Source: Adineta vaga (taxonomy: Eukaryota > Animalia > Rotifera). From it: a DNA stretch of 64,000 nt. The notes under the pieces are model-generated. The model worked only from the letters and a program-made list of their open reading frames with translations. It was not told the origin of the DNA and ran no database searches. The stretch is from positions 6,138,001 through 6,202,000 of the forward strand of contig CP075494.1 in assembly GCA_021613535.1 (NCBI GenBank). Direction: 5' to 3'. Below, in pieces: positions 27,141 to 41,412 of the stretch (position 1 is the first letter of the stretch; each line of letters begins with the position of its first letter). Both the position numbers and the translations under genes were made by a program.

Positions 27141-28530
27141 ATTTGAAGTATTTAAATGCATCTAAATAGATAGAAATATCTTTTTTTTTTCAAGCAAAAA
27201 CAATTCTCACATCTACTTGTCAAGAATGTTGTCTGTTGATAATGAATAAGAACACTCAATTAGGATTATCTTTAGCTGCTCGTTTGATCTCCCTTGTTCT
27301 GTCTACACTTCGATACTTTTTCCGAACGATGTTAGACATCAAGTATAGTTACGAAAGAAGATTTTGACATTGATGTATAAGAGAAAGATTTTTTTCTCTT
27401 TTTTATGAAATAATCCACATGGGAATGTTCCTTTTCTGTTTCTTTAAGTTAATAAAGAAAAGAAAGATGGATGTATCTAATGCAGTTATACGCATGTTCA
27501 TTTCAGTCAGATATCAAATATTATCAAAGAGAAAAGTAACAAAAAAACGTTAATGTTGATCATAAACTAACAGACGGAACTGATCATTATCATCAGTAGA
27601 GTTGTTCAGAAGAAAATATGTGAAATGGCAGAATGAAAAATGATGTGTAATTATTATTATTATTACTATTTGTATCTCACCTTTTCAAGGACCAAAGAAC
27701 ATTTGCACACATGGATGCAAACAATAATAGGATAGTAGTATGCATTCTGTTGACATGAACATAAGAAAAGAGAAAATGATACACATGTGAGAACAATTCG
27801 CTAAATAATGATGTAATCAGTTCCAAAGGAAATGATTAGGACATGTAACCTTGTTCTATCATCATCTTTTATTTTATCAAAAGATGTAGCAGTTGACAGT
27901 GAATCGTTTGTCATTAATGAATGTATGGACAAGTAGAAGATTAAGACAATCTATCTATTTCATCATCAAGCAATTGCTGTCAAAGGAAAAGACACACAAT
28001 GTTGCTTTACTTCTTCTACCCGATCAACAATCACATGCGTATTCATTAGAGATTAGAGTAGTTTAACTGTATTCATATCGTTTATTGAATTATGTCAGAA
28101 AACATCCGGCCTTGTTCCTTTTTTCTTTCTCTCTCTCTATCTCTCTCCTACAGTCTTATCAAGACAGACATTTAACGCCACAAACTAATGATATTATTCA
28201 CAAAAAGAAAAGCTTGAACAGACGAGATTTACACGAGCGAATGACTTTATTGATGTTAGTTACTTGAATATGATGGATTTAACACGAACTTTTGTCATTA
28301 ATTCATTCGCTTAATTGAGTCAAAGAGAAAGAAAGCACAATGCATGTTCTCTTTTTGATCTAATTGATCTCAAAATACACACAGACGAGATTGAGAAAAG
28401 TAAATAAGTTTTAATCAGAAATACACACAAAACTGACAATAACAACAAAGACAACAACGACAACAACACGAAAAAGAACCGCTAATTTGTTTATCTGACT
28501 CGAAATATGCTCGTCATTGAAATTATTTCG

Positions 28531-29395
28531 CTATTTATGATGATCATTCGAACAAGCTAAAAAGAGAAAGTTAATGATTATTTAAAAAATTTCTTACTAC
28601 AATGAAGAAAAAGAAATTTATACCATAAAATGGTGAAATTATTGCTAAGAGTTCTCGATTTTGCATAACAGTTTGAATAAAATCATGTTTATAAATAACT
28701 CCATCTCCGTTACCAGTAAATTGTTTAAGAAATTGTTGAATAATCGCAAAACATTCATGATCCGATCCAGTTTCATCACCGCCTAACATTCGTGTAATTG
28801 ACTAAATACAAACAAAAGAAAGAAAGTTTCATTTCCTTGTCTTTGAAATTGTCTCATATTACATTTGCCATTTCTTTGATTTCTTCACCGGATATTTGAT
28901 TATCACCATTTTGATCATAAATACGAAATGTATAATCAATTTTTGATTGTAAATCACCCTTTGTTGTTAAAATAAAACCTCGTACAAATTCATCAATATC
29001 TATGAAATAGAATCAATTCAATCAATTATGAGTAAAAGAAAATCAAAATTTCTTTACCAACAGTTCCACTATGATCTTCATCAAAAACGTTTGCTAATGA
29101 ATCAACTACTTCACTAATACGTTCACAATCAAGATCACTCATATCTTTATAAATCGATATCATTTGTTCTTTGGATAGTTTCCCTTTTGTTGAACGATCC
29201 TATGAACAAAGAAAACAAAGACAATTTGATTTTAATGTCATATCAATATAATCACTTACTAAAATTGCTCTGTACCACAATTCTAAATCAGATTCAGACA
29301 TTCCTACAGAAAAAGAGCCTTTAGATATTCTCATCAAGTACAAATCCCAATATTTTACCAGTTCGTTGCATAAGTAAATCTTTAGTTTCATCCAT
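28531..29395 (-). CDS. Neuronal calcium sensor/recoverin-family EF-hand protein (no N-myristoyl Gly)
   Basis: Spliced translation MDETKDLLMQRTGMSESDLELWY...FDEDHSGTVDIDEF...KGDLQSKIDYTFRIYDQNGDNQISGEEI. Confidence 0.8.
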
Positions 29396-29781
29396 CAAAG
29401 TTTCACATGAACCAGTTTTATTTCCCATTGAACAATGTAAATGATGTGTATTCGTAGACACACAATAGAATTCTTCTGGAAAAAAGACGATAAAATAAAT
29501 GAAACTTATCCTCAGTAGAATGCCAGTCGTAATAATGAGAAAATATTCTATTTTTCAGACTTTTTTTGTGCAGAGAAAACGTAGAATAGCAATAAAAATA
29601 AGCACATGCGGTCTGAGTATGTGAAGAAGGAGGAAAATTTTGTCTGTTCTGATACAAAACCGAGAACGAGAGAATATAAATATGAAAGGTGTTTTATTCT
29701 CATAAAAGACTATTTAAAAAAAAAAAACAACAGAAATAATGAAAAATATTTCATATCCGATTGATTCTTTTTCTTTGCTAT

Positions 29782-31354
29782 TCAATAACATCGTAATGTT
29801 TGATCACAAATATTTCGTTCTTGAAACAATTGAAAAGTATTCGTTAGAATATAACTAATGATTGCACCAATTAACGAACCTAATTGAGTACCAACACCAA
29901 ACCATACAAGACCACGATGACCAAGAGTTCGTCGGAAATAATTACCCATCGAGATACGAATATATGAGCCAGTTAAATGAATTAAAACCCAAACAAAAAA
30001 CTAAAGAAAGATTAAGAAATTGACTTATGGTCATGTTTTTGCTTTACTTACAATAATTATATGACCAAATGTTTGATTAACTAGCGGAGGACACGGTGAC
30101 AGTTTTGCCTGTAGTAAAAAACATCCTCTCTATTGTCTAGTTCTTCATTTTATTATCACTTACAGTCAAAAAAATATAACTGAAAAGACCGAGAATTGTA
30201 ATATAAATTGAATAGATAGTTTTCGATGATAATTCTGGAATAGATGTTCCAATTAATGCAATAACTGGATAAGCGAATTGACCTTATAAAAAGAAGAGAT
30301 ATGCAAGAATGAAATTTGCCATTTATGACTTTCTTTTTCTCTCACTGATAATGATTGTATAATGAAATGTTGTAGCACTATAAGCATTTAATGAAAATGT
30401 TGTTAAACCAGGACATATTCCATAAAGGATGGCACTTGCTTGAAAAAGTATAAATAGATAAATTCCTGATTTGGATAGAATAGCTTTCTTTGGATGATTT
30501 GGTTTCTTTCTCTTTTTTAGTCTTAATTCAATTCGATTGATTGTATCAATGGTATTTTCAATGATATGAATATCATTAATATCATCCATGAGAATAAATA
30601 CACGTGATTTTGATTGTTTGGAATTGATTTGTGGAGATTCGACTTTTGAACGACCGGTTTCCATTATACAAAGGATCGAAAATGAAACTAAAGCTAAAAA
30701 TGGTAATGAACTCAATAGAAGAAAGTAAGTCCGAACAGAAAAACGAGGTTGGTGTTGAATTTCAATATATGTTCCATTATCAATGAATTGGCAATCGGAT
30801 TTACCAATACCTTGTCCAACACCAAACAATGCAGGAAGAAGACCCGTTAATGCTTCACCAGTAAAATATGCATTCAAATACATTGATTCATATCGATATA
30901 AAAATGGAATAAATGTTGTTGATGACATACAATCAGCAATAGCTGTAAAAAAACATAAGAACATCAAATAAACACTTTGTTCTTTGTCGAACAGATAAGC
31001 TGTTCTATCCCACAGGTAGGCAAATGCAATCGCAAATGTAATACTTGTACATAGAAGAAGAAAGTTGACCGGAATTTCAAATGGAGCAGTATTTAATTTG
31101 AAAATTAACGAAGCAAATACAACAGTAATCGGAAAGATATTTGCTGAACTAATAAGTAATGTTAATTTTGCTGGTAATTGCCATGATTCCGGTAGGACAG
31201 GAACAAGAATTGGTAATTCAATCCAAACACCCGCTAAATTTGTCCATGTACCTAATCCAAAAAGTGCAACAAGAACATAAACAATCGCTTTCAGATGAAA
31301 ATGAACTTTTGATGTTGAAAGTATATCAACATGAGGAGGTGAATTGGCAAGCAT
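29782..31354 (-). CDS. Riboflavin transporter, SLC52 family
   Basis: FGLGTWTNLAGVWIELPILVPVLPESWQLP, YFTGEALTGLLP, PRFSV, LSPCPPL and WFGVGTQLGSLIGA motifs. Confidence 0.9.
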
Positions 31355-31959
31355 TGAGAAATATATATATATGTATTCGTATACAAAAATGAGACAAATA
31401 AGAAGAATCGATCTTTGATTTACTATAGATTGATAAGAAAAACTTGTCTCGAATTACTAAATGACTATCATTCTTTGATAAAATACGTCTCTATAACATG
31501 ATGTGAATTGAGAATGAAAAAATCTGCCGATATAAAACTAGTGAAGTAAACTTCGAACTCCTCCAATGTTTTTTTCGAAACTCTAGAAGTCTTTTTTCCA
31601 ATTTCGGTATTTCACAGCTTTCTATATCACGAAATTCTTTACTTTCTTCTTTTCATTGGAAAAACATTTCTAAACTTTATTTTTCATATCATTATTAAAT
31701 ATTCTACGAATTGACAAAGGAAAAATACACACAATAAAAGAATGAAAATTTATACATGAAAAATGCGAGTTAATATTTAAGTTGCTAAAAAGAACCATTG
31801 GAATAAATATAGCAGAAAAAGGAGAATTCCCTAGAAGAAAACAAAAAGCTAAATATAAACTACAGTTCTACAAGTTCATTTAAAACACTCGAGGGTGTGG
31901 TTTTATTTGGTATAATTCAAACACACGAATATATATGTATATATGAGAAAGTAAGAGAA

Positions 31960-34900
31960 TTAATCGGCAACAGGGATGAGTTTATCATCGCCAGTACGAA
32001 CAACAAAATCTAGATCCTTTTCATGCATATTTTTTAAACTGTTCAATATTGTATGAAATGGAGACGTAGCAAGAAATGAATTCGTTTTTTCATTATCTAA
32101 GAATTGTTCCTGATCAGAATTTATCCTATCTGTCGTATCAATTGTACTAAATGGTGGGAAAACAAGAAGAGGTGAATGTGTAAGAGATTGATTTGAATTA
32201 GAACCATTAAATGAGGTTTGTGCGAATGGATTTTGACAAGTGGACTGCATTTGAGATGTACGATCACTGTCACTTGTTGGATTACTAACAATTTCATTCG
32301 TATTTCCTTGATTTTCATTGGAAGATTGAGAAATAGGAATACCATTATCTTGATTTTGGAGTTCTTCTAGAAAATCAATCCGATTCATAAAAATAAAAGA
32401 TATAATTTATTCAAAACGAACGTGTTTCGAGTTTTGCTGCTAGATTGATATCAGTTGAATTCACTTTTACTTGATGAAGCTTTTCGGAAAGTGAAGATAA
32501 ACTTGGTTGAATGATTTGTTCATAATCATGTTTGAATAAATATCCATATTGATTGGAAGATATGGGCGGCGGCGGTGGTGATGGTGATGATAATTTAGTA
32601 TCAATATGATTAAAACTACTTGCTACTTCTCTGTCATCATCATCACTTAAAAAGTTCATTGAACTGCCTTTGAATGTGGATTGACGACATGATTTAAGAA
32701 AATCTCGAGCAAATGTGCCAGGAGATGATGGACGATCGGAAGAATCTTTCACTGATGACACAGGTTCAACAGGTTCAATTAAATGAGTTTCAAGTAAACT
32801 ACGTAATGCATTTAATTGATCCGAAACTCGAAGAGCAAAATCTTTCGATGGTGAATCTAAATATGAACGAAACGTTCCTAATTGCATGGCCTATTCATAA
32901 TGTTGGTATACTTACTAAGTGAAGTTGATAATATCCATTGATTGTCAATATTTGTTGATGGAACAGGTGAGATTGATTTTGTTAATAATTGTTCTAGTTG
33001 AGGTCGAAGTGGCACACTTGATGCTAATGCTGGTGAAGATAATGATGCTTGTAAAGTTGTCGAAGATGTTAATGGTTCAGTACTCTTTGTTGTCGTTAGT
33101 GATGGATAAATTTTACTATGAAGTAGATAAGCATCTGTTTGTTCTTGCTCATTTTTTGTTAATTGAAAATCATCGATTGTTTGGCAAGCTTCACTACGAG
33201 TGGAATGGGATGTCGTTTTTAACGGATATGATTTATGAGAATGAATACCAAGATGTAGTTTGGCATCATTTTCTTCAGAATCCGAACTGTGACGAAGACG
33301 AAGAGGTACTGTTCGTTGATGACGAGTGGATAGATATCGAAGTGTAGGATCAAATGATGAAGGATTCCGTGATTTTTTATTATCATTAGAAGATTTCTTT
33401 GGTTGAGTAGTTGTTGCTGTTTTGGTTGGACGAGAATTTTGATACGTCTTGTTTGAGGATGAAAATAAATTTTTCGCTTTATTTGAATGAGACACATGAG
33501 ACATCGTATTTTGAGAAGTAAGTTTTGATTTTCGTGGAGTTGCAACTGATGATGATCGTTGATTACCACTTGTTAAACGATTCGAAACAATAGATAATAA
33601 TTCATCACGATTTGTAAAGAATCCTGTTTGATCTCGATAAGTTGCTTGACGATCCGAATAAATCAATGGTTCATCATTATTTATATCATAGTATTTATTC
33701 AAATTTAAACAACTTTCAATTAATTCATTATGTGTATTCGATTTTCGATGATGTCGATCATTAGATACTTTCATAGACACACCTAAAGTACTTCGGGCTG
33801 AGATAGGTGGTTCATTAGATGCATCGGAAAGACGATGATTTCGTGAAATTGAAATTGCTTTCCAATTTCGGTCATTTCCATCATCATACATGAGACGTGA
33901 ACTATCGTATAATCGTGTTTTCTTGCTTGATGACGGCTTTTTAATATCAGATTGTGGCATTGGAAAATAACTTGATGGGCAATGATCATCATCATCATCA
34001 TCATCACCATCAGGTTTAGTTTTCTTTTCATGTAATCGATATGAATAACGAGTAGTATTCCGATATGAATTATTCGTCTTCAAATTACGTTTCGATGCTG
34101 TAAGAGATTTTATTAAATGATTAGTACTACCACCACCACCACCTGTAATTGGAATATCATCATCGGCTATTTGCCAATCAATATCTAATGGTTTTGTTTT
34201 ACGGATATCGATATCTATTTAACAAGAAATAAATTTCAAATATGATGTATAAATCTCATGACAAAGAACAAACCTGTTTGGTTTGTGGAATGATACATAT
34301 GTGAATCTACCGATGAGATAAGTCGATGAACTGGTGTTGATGCTGTGGCAGGATTAAATGTTCGTTGAGGTTTTTCAGGAATAGTTTCATGTTCTTTCAT
34401 TGTTTCATTCGTCGAGGGCATTTGTACATTTCCTGTTACCATTGAACGATGTCGATGTCGAATACTAATATCACGAATTCGTGAAGCATATTGAAGAGTA
34501 TTTAGTGAACATTGACAACAATCATTTGGTGGTGAAACATTTGCCATAAGACATGTACGTGTTTTTGAACCGACAAGAGAATCACGTAATATATGGGTTA
34601 ATTTACTTTGTCGAAATGGTGCATGAGAATGTGTCATATCCATAGAACGAATACATTCTTTTAATGCTAATAAAGAACAATTAATTTGTGCACCTTCACG
34701 TCGCGTTTGACGAAGATTATTCTGAGCATCTGTTGCACGTTCACTTCCAGCAAGATCAATAAATATCAATCTAAAATTAAAGAAAAAAAGAAGAAAACAA
34801 TAGATGATTGATTATTCTTTCATCAAATCAATTTATCGTACCTAAAATCTTCCGACGCATCATAATTATGTTGTAATGTAATTTGAAAAACGGCATGTGA

Positions 34901-36408
34901 TCGTGAAGAATTTGAATTAAATGCACTCTTTCCATGGTGCCGTTTTGTAAGACCTTCATCAATAATACAACGTAAATTTTCTAAATTTTTCAATAAAAGT
35001 TCTGTAATGCCAATAATATTCACATGATGTTCACCATCTTCACGTACAAATAATCTAAAACATTCAATTTTATCTTGTAATTATTTGCAAATCTTAGAAC
35101 ATATCAAATACAAACCTTTTTCCAGCATTAACTAAATCATAAACTTGATTATTGTATATTTCATAAAATGAACAGATAAGTCTGTTATCAATATTAACTT
35201 CTTGTAAAAGTAATTGTGTGCAATAAATCAATAAACCATCTGTATTTTTACTACCAAAGATCGTATGACTTTTACCTGAGAACGAAAAGAAAAAGAACAG
35301 AACATGTTGCTTTTTTTCATACGTAAAAGAGACAAGATTACAAACCAGATCCTGTCTGTCCAAAACAAATATATGTTAAATTATGTCGATGATCTGTAGA
35401 TATAAATGGTAATACAGTTGATTCAAAGACTTGTCTATTTGAAATATCAGATCCAAAAACATGATCATATTGAAATTCCGTCTAAGAAGAAAGGCAAAGT
35501 TAAAATTGGTAATGTTAATTCATCATCAAATACCTTTTTTAGTAAAGGTGTACAATCGAGATTAGCTTTATTTTCTGTAATAATAATACGTTTATTATCG
35601 GGAATAGCAATAACATCTTCAAAAGTTGTTTCACTTGATAATAATGGACGTTTTCGTGCATAAACATAGATTTCGGCTGGTTTTGCATATGAGATTGTAT
35701 CTGTTGTGCGATAAGAACTACTTCGTGAACGTTTACTTGTCGGTATACCATAATTGTATGATTTGACCTAGATAAATAATGATATTATTAGTTTCCGATT
35801 GTTTTAATGGAATAGAATAATTATGAATATCCATTTCACTGTAATTCGCTATATAAGAGGAACGATGAAAGAAAAACTCGAGTTCTTACTTTAACATGTT
35901 CAACCACAGGTCGATTTAGAAATGTTTTTGTTTCAACGTTTTTCTGTTGATTATTTTTCAATGGTATAAAAATATGTTCTCGACTAACAATAGTTGATGA
36001 TTTTTGTGGAATAAATTCTGTGAAATGATGATTATTCATTGATTGAACTGTAGAACGTCTTAGAACATCATTTGAACTTTTCGATCGTTTCGATGCATTT
36101 TTGATTGTTGTTGCTGCTGCTTCATCACACCAACTAGCACGAACAGAACTTGCAGGTTTCACATTTGTCTGTTGTTTATTTGTATGAAAATAATGTGGAC
36201 AAATTTTTCCATCACGTGTTGCTTCTTTAAGAACATCGAGTAAAGAAATGAGATGAAGTAATTCTTGTTCTGTAAAATTTAATTTTTCAAAATGTTCAGC
36301 ATGAAAATATGCTAATGCACCTGCCGATTCATAACCAAGCGAACGAAATAATTCCACATGTTTGTCAAGGCCAACGGCTTTTAAAGCCTTGAGAAGACAT
36401 TTTGTCAT
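31960..36408 (-). CDS. KIF24: Kinesin-13 family, KIF24-like (N-terminal SAM-like domain, central motor, long low-complexity tail)
   Basis: VYARKRPLL, GQTGSGKS (split by an intron), SFYEIY, NSSRSHAVFQI, FIDLAGSER, SLLALKECIR and PFRQSKLT. The N-terminal LLKALKAVGLDKHVELF segment is SAM-like. Confidence 0.82.
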
Positions 36409-37062
36409 TTTAATTTTCTTTAATGAAAAATATTTTCACTGGATTAGATGTAAATTTGATTGAATTATAAAAATAAAATTGCTAAATAATCAAATTGGTT
36501 GTTCATCAATGAATAACGACGGAAAGAATATGAATCGAAATCAAACGTATTGAAATTCTTTCAAACCAAATTATTCGACTAATTCGATAGGTTTGTTACC
36601 ATCAATGTTGTTGACAAAAGGTTTGTTACTAAGTGATGGAAGAATAGTTGTCAATTCGATAATATCGTCAAAATTTATCCACAAAAAAAAATTAGAAAAG
36701 AACTTTTTTTTTATGAACCTAAAAGAAAATCAAAATTATATAAACTTTTGTTCATCGAGCGACATCTGTATGAGTTTTATTCTTCCTTCTGACGATGTTC
36801 ACATTCTGCTTCGAACATAAATTTTAAACTTGCAGATCAATAATTTCTTTTTATTGTCAATAAATTAAATACTACATAAATATATTCGCTCAATCATCGG
36901 GACAATTCATTGAAAATAGATACATTCATAGAACTCACATCATCTGTCGTAGAAAAACAAGAATCACGAACAAAACATCACACATTCATTGTTTATGTAT
37001 ACATATGGACAATTGAAGAATGAAGAAAAGATTTTTTTTTCTGTTTCGTTGTTTAAAAATAT

Positions 37063-39256
37063 TTAACAGAGTAGATCAGTTTCACTTCTATCATCGGATA
37101 TTTGATAAATTCGATGTGTTATTTGATAAGGTAGTGTTGATACGGATAATTTTTGATTTCGCATTGTTGGAGAGATCTTTTTTGAACCACGAAATGCTTT
37201 GAAATATGCATTATGTACTAATTTTTTGGTAACAGCATGTGTTATTTCACGATAATCTGAATAATCAGGTTCATTTAATTGAGTTTCCCATTCATTATAT
37301 TCAGGTCCTCGATCTTTTTCATTTAACAAACATAACTGCCGCTTTTCTAAAGCTAATTGATTTGCTGCTTGTGCTTTTTGTCGCGCTTGATATTGTCGTT
37401 CATTATCTTCCATTTGTCGTTGATAAAAATATGTAAAATTCGAAACAATAATCGGTACAGGTAATGCAATAGTTAATACACCCGTTATTGCACAAGCCGC
37501 ACCAATAACTTTGCCTAAAGTTGTACGTGGTACATAATCACCGTATCCTACAGTTGTCATTGTTATTATAGAAAACCAAAATGAATCAGGAATGGATTGA
37601 AATTGATTGTTCGTTTGTGTCGTAGGATAATTTGAATCCGAAGTTGAAAGACAATTCGTTACTGGAGGACATGATGAAAATGTTGTCGACGATGGTGAAT
37701 TTACTGATTTGGATAGAGAAATACTTGAAAAATCAGCTTCAACAAAATACATAAATGAAGAAAAGACAATAACAATAATGAAAAGAAAGAACATTAATAA
37801 TAATAATTCTTTCCATGAAGCCAAAAATGTCAAGGCAAGTACTTGTAGACCCTAGAATAAGAAATAAAACGAGACTAATCACCTATAATATCTAATAGAA
37901 AACATCAACATAAGAACAACAACTGCGTTATTAATTAACTATTTTTTTTTTGTTATTTTTTCTTCTGATGAATCTTCTGTGATATATTCTTTCCGAATCA
38001 ATCACTCGATTTCATGCATTGTCTTCTATTGAGTAAAATTTTCATACCTTAAAATGTCGTGATAATTTAAATATTCGAAAAACACGGACAAGTCGAACGA
38101 TTCTCAAGACGGTTAATGTTGACGAAAATCCAGATACATTGCTATCTTTTTTTTGATAAATTATACCAATTAATTGTATAAAATAAGGGATGATTGAAAC
38201 GACATCGATTATATTGGGACCATTTTTAATAAAATCAAATTTCGAAGGTGCTACTAGAAATCGACAGATGAATTCAAATGAAAACCATGTGACACAGATT
38301 GTTTCCAGTACGAAAAATATCCAATAAAATTTTGTTTCATTACTTGGTGATAATGAATTGTATTGTTGAGAATTATTTACATTAGTTTCAAATGATAATA
38401 ATGATTCATTACGTATGGACGGGAGAGTTTCGATGATAAATGATGCAATTGATATAATAATCATAACAATAGATATAATAGCGACAACGCGTGCGATATT
38501 GGAAGATTCCGGACATTCAAATATTTCCCAAACTTTACGTTGAAGATCATTAATCGGTCGTTGAACAGGAATTTCTTCGACATAACCTTCCTGTTTCCGA
38601 TAACGTTTAAGTATTTCATCACCTATATAAGAATAAAACTCATTAAATTATATTTATCTTTGTTTGACAAAAAAAAAACAACACATCATACCAAGATCAA
38701 AAAATTTGATTTCTTCTAGAAAGATTTCTGCGGAAATATTTTCAGGTCGTGTTAAACGTCCTCCACTTTGATAAAAATATAGAACAGCTTCAAATGATGA
38801 ACGATGTCGTTCGAAAAAATATTCATTATTCATATAATCGAAAAATTGTGCACGACGTTGTTTGTCACCGAGTAATGTATGTGGATAACGTTGTAAAGTT
38901 GATGCACGTGTTTCAAAACGTAAACCACTGACATTAATCACAATTTTATCCAATGGTTCATTTCGTGATAATCGTTTTTGTTCATTGGAAGTTTCACTTC
39001 GTTGATTTGTTACTTTTTTATGTTTCGACTGTTGATGTTTAGAAGTTGTATTCGGACTTGATAAATGTGATTGCATTGAATGAAATTCATCAGCTGCTGA
39101 AGAAGAATAACAACCACTATCACGAGCCGATGAAGATTGATAATCGTCAAAAGGATTACTTATAAAATGTCCAACTGTTGACGAAGATGAAGGTACAACA
39201 TCAGTAGAAATTGTCGGTTTATAAATTCCATCGTTTCCAATTCTATTCGTATCCAT
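37063..39256 (-). CDS. Voltage-gated potassium channel, Shaker/Kv1 family (3 exons)
   Basis: T1 domain [10 protein letters not shown]...TLLGD...EYFFERHR, S4 [18 protein letters not shown], pore TMTTVGYGD and S6 IALPVP. Confidence 0.93.
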
Positions 39257-41378
39257 TGAATTTCATCATAGAATGATTCTAATCGATATTTATGAACTAA
39301 AATTAAAGTGAACTGATTAAATATGTACTGAAATATCTCTTCATTGTTCTAGATTTTTCCTTTTCTTTATTAGCAAGACAATGTTTTTCTTTCATTAATT
39401 CAATATAATATGTTTGCTCAAGTATATAGAATTTCTTTTCATCATAGAAATTTTGGTTTCCAATGATCGTTCATGTATTAATTAGACAAAATCATATTCA
39501 ATCTTATTACAATTCTATTCATTTCGTCTTAATATAATCGTGTCATTGTACCGAAATGAAATTAACGTCGGTAATCAAGACAATTAGACACATACCTTAA
39601 TAAGTAAAAAGAAGTAGATCGAAATCTATTCCTTTGTAATAGCGTGATAACAATCAAAGCATGCAAACTCAATATCAATGAAAAGAAACGACGACTCACG
39701 CAAGAAAGTTAATAAGATATCTCATGCAAAATCAACTAATAATGTTCTTGCATGTTTCAGTCTGTAAAAAAAAATGCGACTAACTAATTAAAGACGAACT
39801 TATAGAGCGTTATGAAAAGCTTCGTTTAACCTCTTCTTTCTCTCTCACTCAATTTTTATGTTCGTCATATAAAAAAAGAAACTATCAAATTATCTCTATT
39901 TATTAATTACTAACTAAGAATAAACATTTAATGATAATTTCAAAGATTTTCTGTTTTCTATTCGTCTGTAAAGATTTCATCTATCAACTTAGTTCTATCT
40001 GTTTATCTGTTCATCCTCAAGTAATTAGGTTTACATTCCATACCATTTATCCTTCAAGCAAATTTGTTTATTGTTCTATTGAATCTATCTCATAAATTAA
40101 TTCCCAGATGATTTAATCTTCTATAATACATATATCAAATCCATTGTCATATCATACGTTAATCCGACAGAATTTTATCGGTATACGACTCATCATTGTC
40201 GTTATGAAAATACCAAATCACTTCATTTCTCTAACTAATTAGGAAACTCTCTATATTATTGTCGGCATGGGAATGACAAAAACAGAAAAGAAATGAAATG
40301 TCAACATTTTTTCTGCATATCTCTAGAAAAAGACATGATGTATACTTGAACTACTACTTATTAGAAGCTAATTTCCGGCAAGTTAGAATTCTACAGTTAA
40401 TTGATCTCAATTCAAAAAATGAAGTTGTTTGCTTGAATGATTTTTCTAATAGGATGCGTATAAGTTCATTATTGAAGAATATCGAAATATAGAAGATGTG
40501 CACATACCCAGAGAACAAAACAAACAATAATCGTTTTGATTTATCACGGATTCATGTTTAGAATAGATGAAGAATATTTGAAGATGATGGGATGGACAAA
40601 ACTCAAAAATACGACGAATCAAAATGCCATGCGGCTTAGTAAAGAAAGAAAAAGCTTGTTATCATTCGCTTCAGTGCAAAACAGAAAGACAGAGAGAAGA
40701 AGAGAGAAAGAGAAGAATTGGAAATACAAATATTTATTATTCCATGCAGATATTTACTTTTCTATCTTTTTTTCTACGGCTAACGATGTCTGCAAATCTA
40801 TTGTCTGTTCGTCGTCGAGAAACGTCTTGCAGAATACATCGCGCTTGCTTTTTTCTTTATGGATATGTATATATATATATCGTCTGATTACCTCTCTTCG
40901 AACGATGAAATGCAAAAATGGCACTGTGTGTTCTTTGATAGTAGTATTATTAAGTTAGAAGAACGGGGCGGGAAACAAGAAGAGTTGGAAAAGCATGTAA
41001 AATAAAAACAAGAAGAGGGAGGAGAAAAAAAAACGAGAAAATAGTCTGATGCATGTGATACTTATAAACGGTTGCCAGTTTTATACGACAAATTCAAGGT
41101 GTTAATCTCGTTTACATAATGATAACAACATGTCTCTTATGATTAACATTCGTGCCACTTTATCGATAAAAATATCATAATCTCCATCTGTTAGGTAGTT
41201 ACTTAGTATGTGTAGATATTGAAACATCTGAATAAGAAAAAGTTCAGATTCGACTTTTCTCGAACTATGTTCTTAGCATTTATTGAACAATATCGGATAT
41301 TGATGAGTTCCGTTTGTATTAAACGGCTAGAAGTACATTCCATCAATTATCTTTCTTTTTATGATGTATAAAAGACGA

Positions 41379-41411
<33 letters not shown>
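41379..41411. repeat. (TAT)n microsatellite
   Basis: Directly visible in the sequence. Confidence 0.9.

Positions 41412-41412
<1 letters not shown>

Noticed and set aside
32121-34031. Overlapping alternative-frame and antisense ORFs within the kinesin tail (similar ones occur in COX15, SLC52, Kv1 and the cadherin)
   Set aside because: These are shadow ORFs produced by the codon bias of the real genes.
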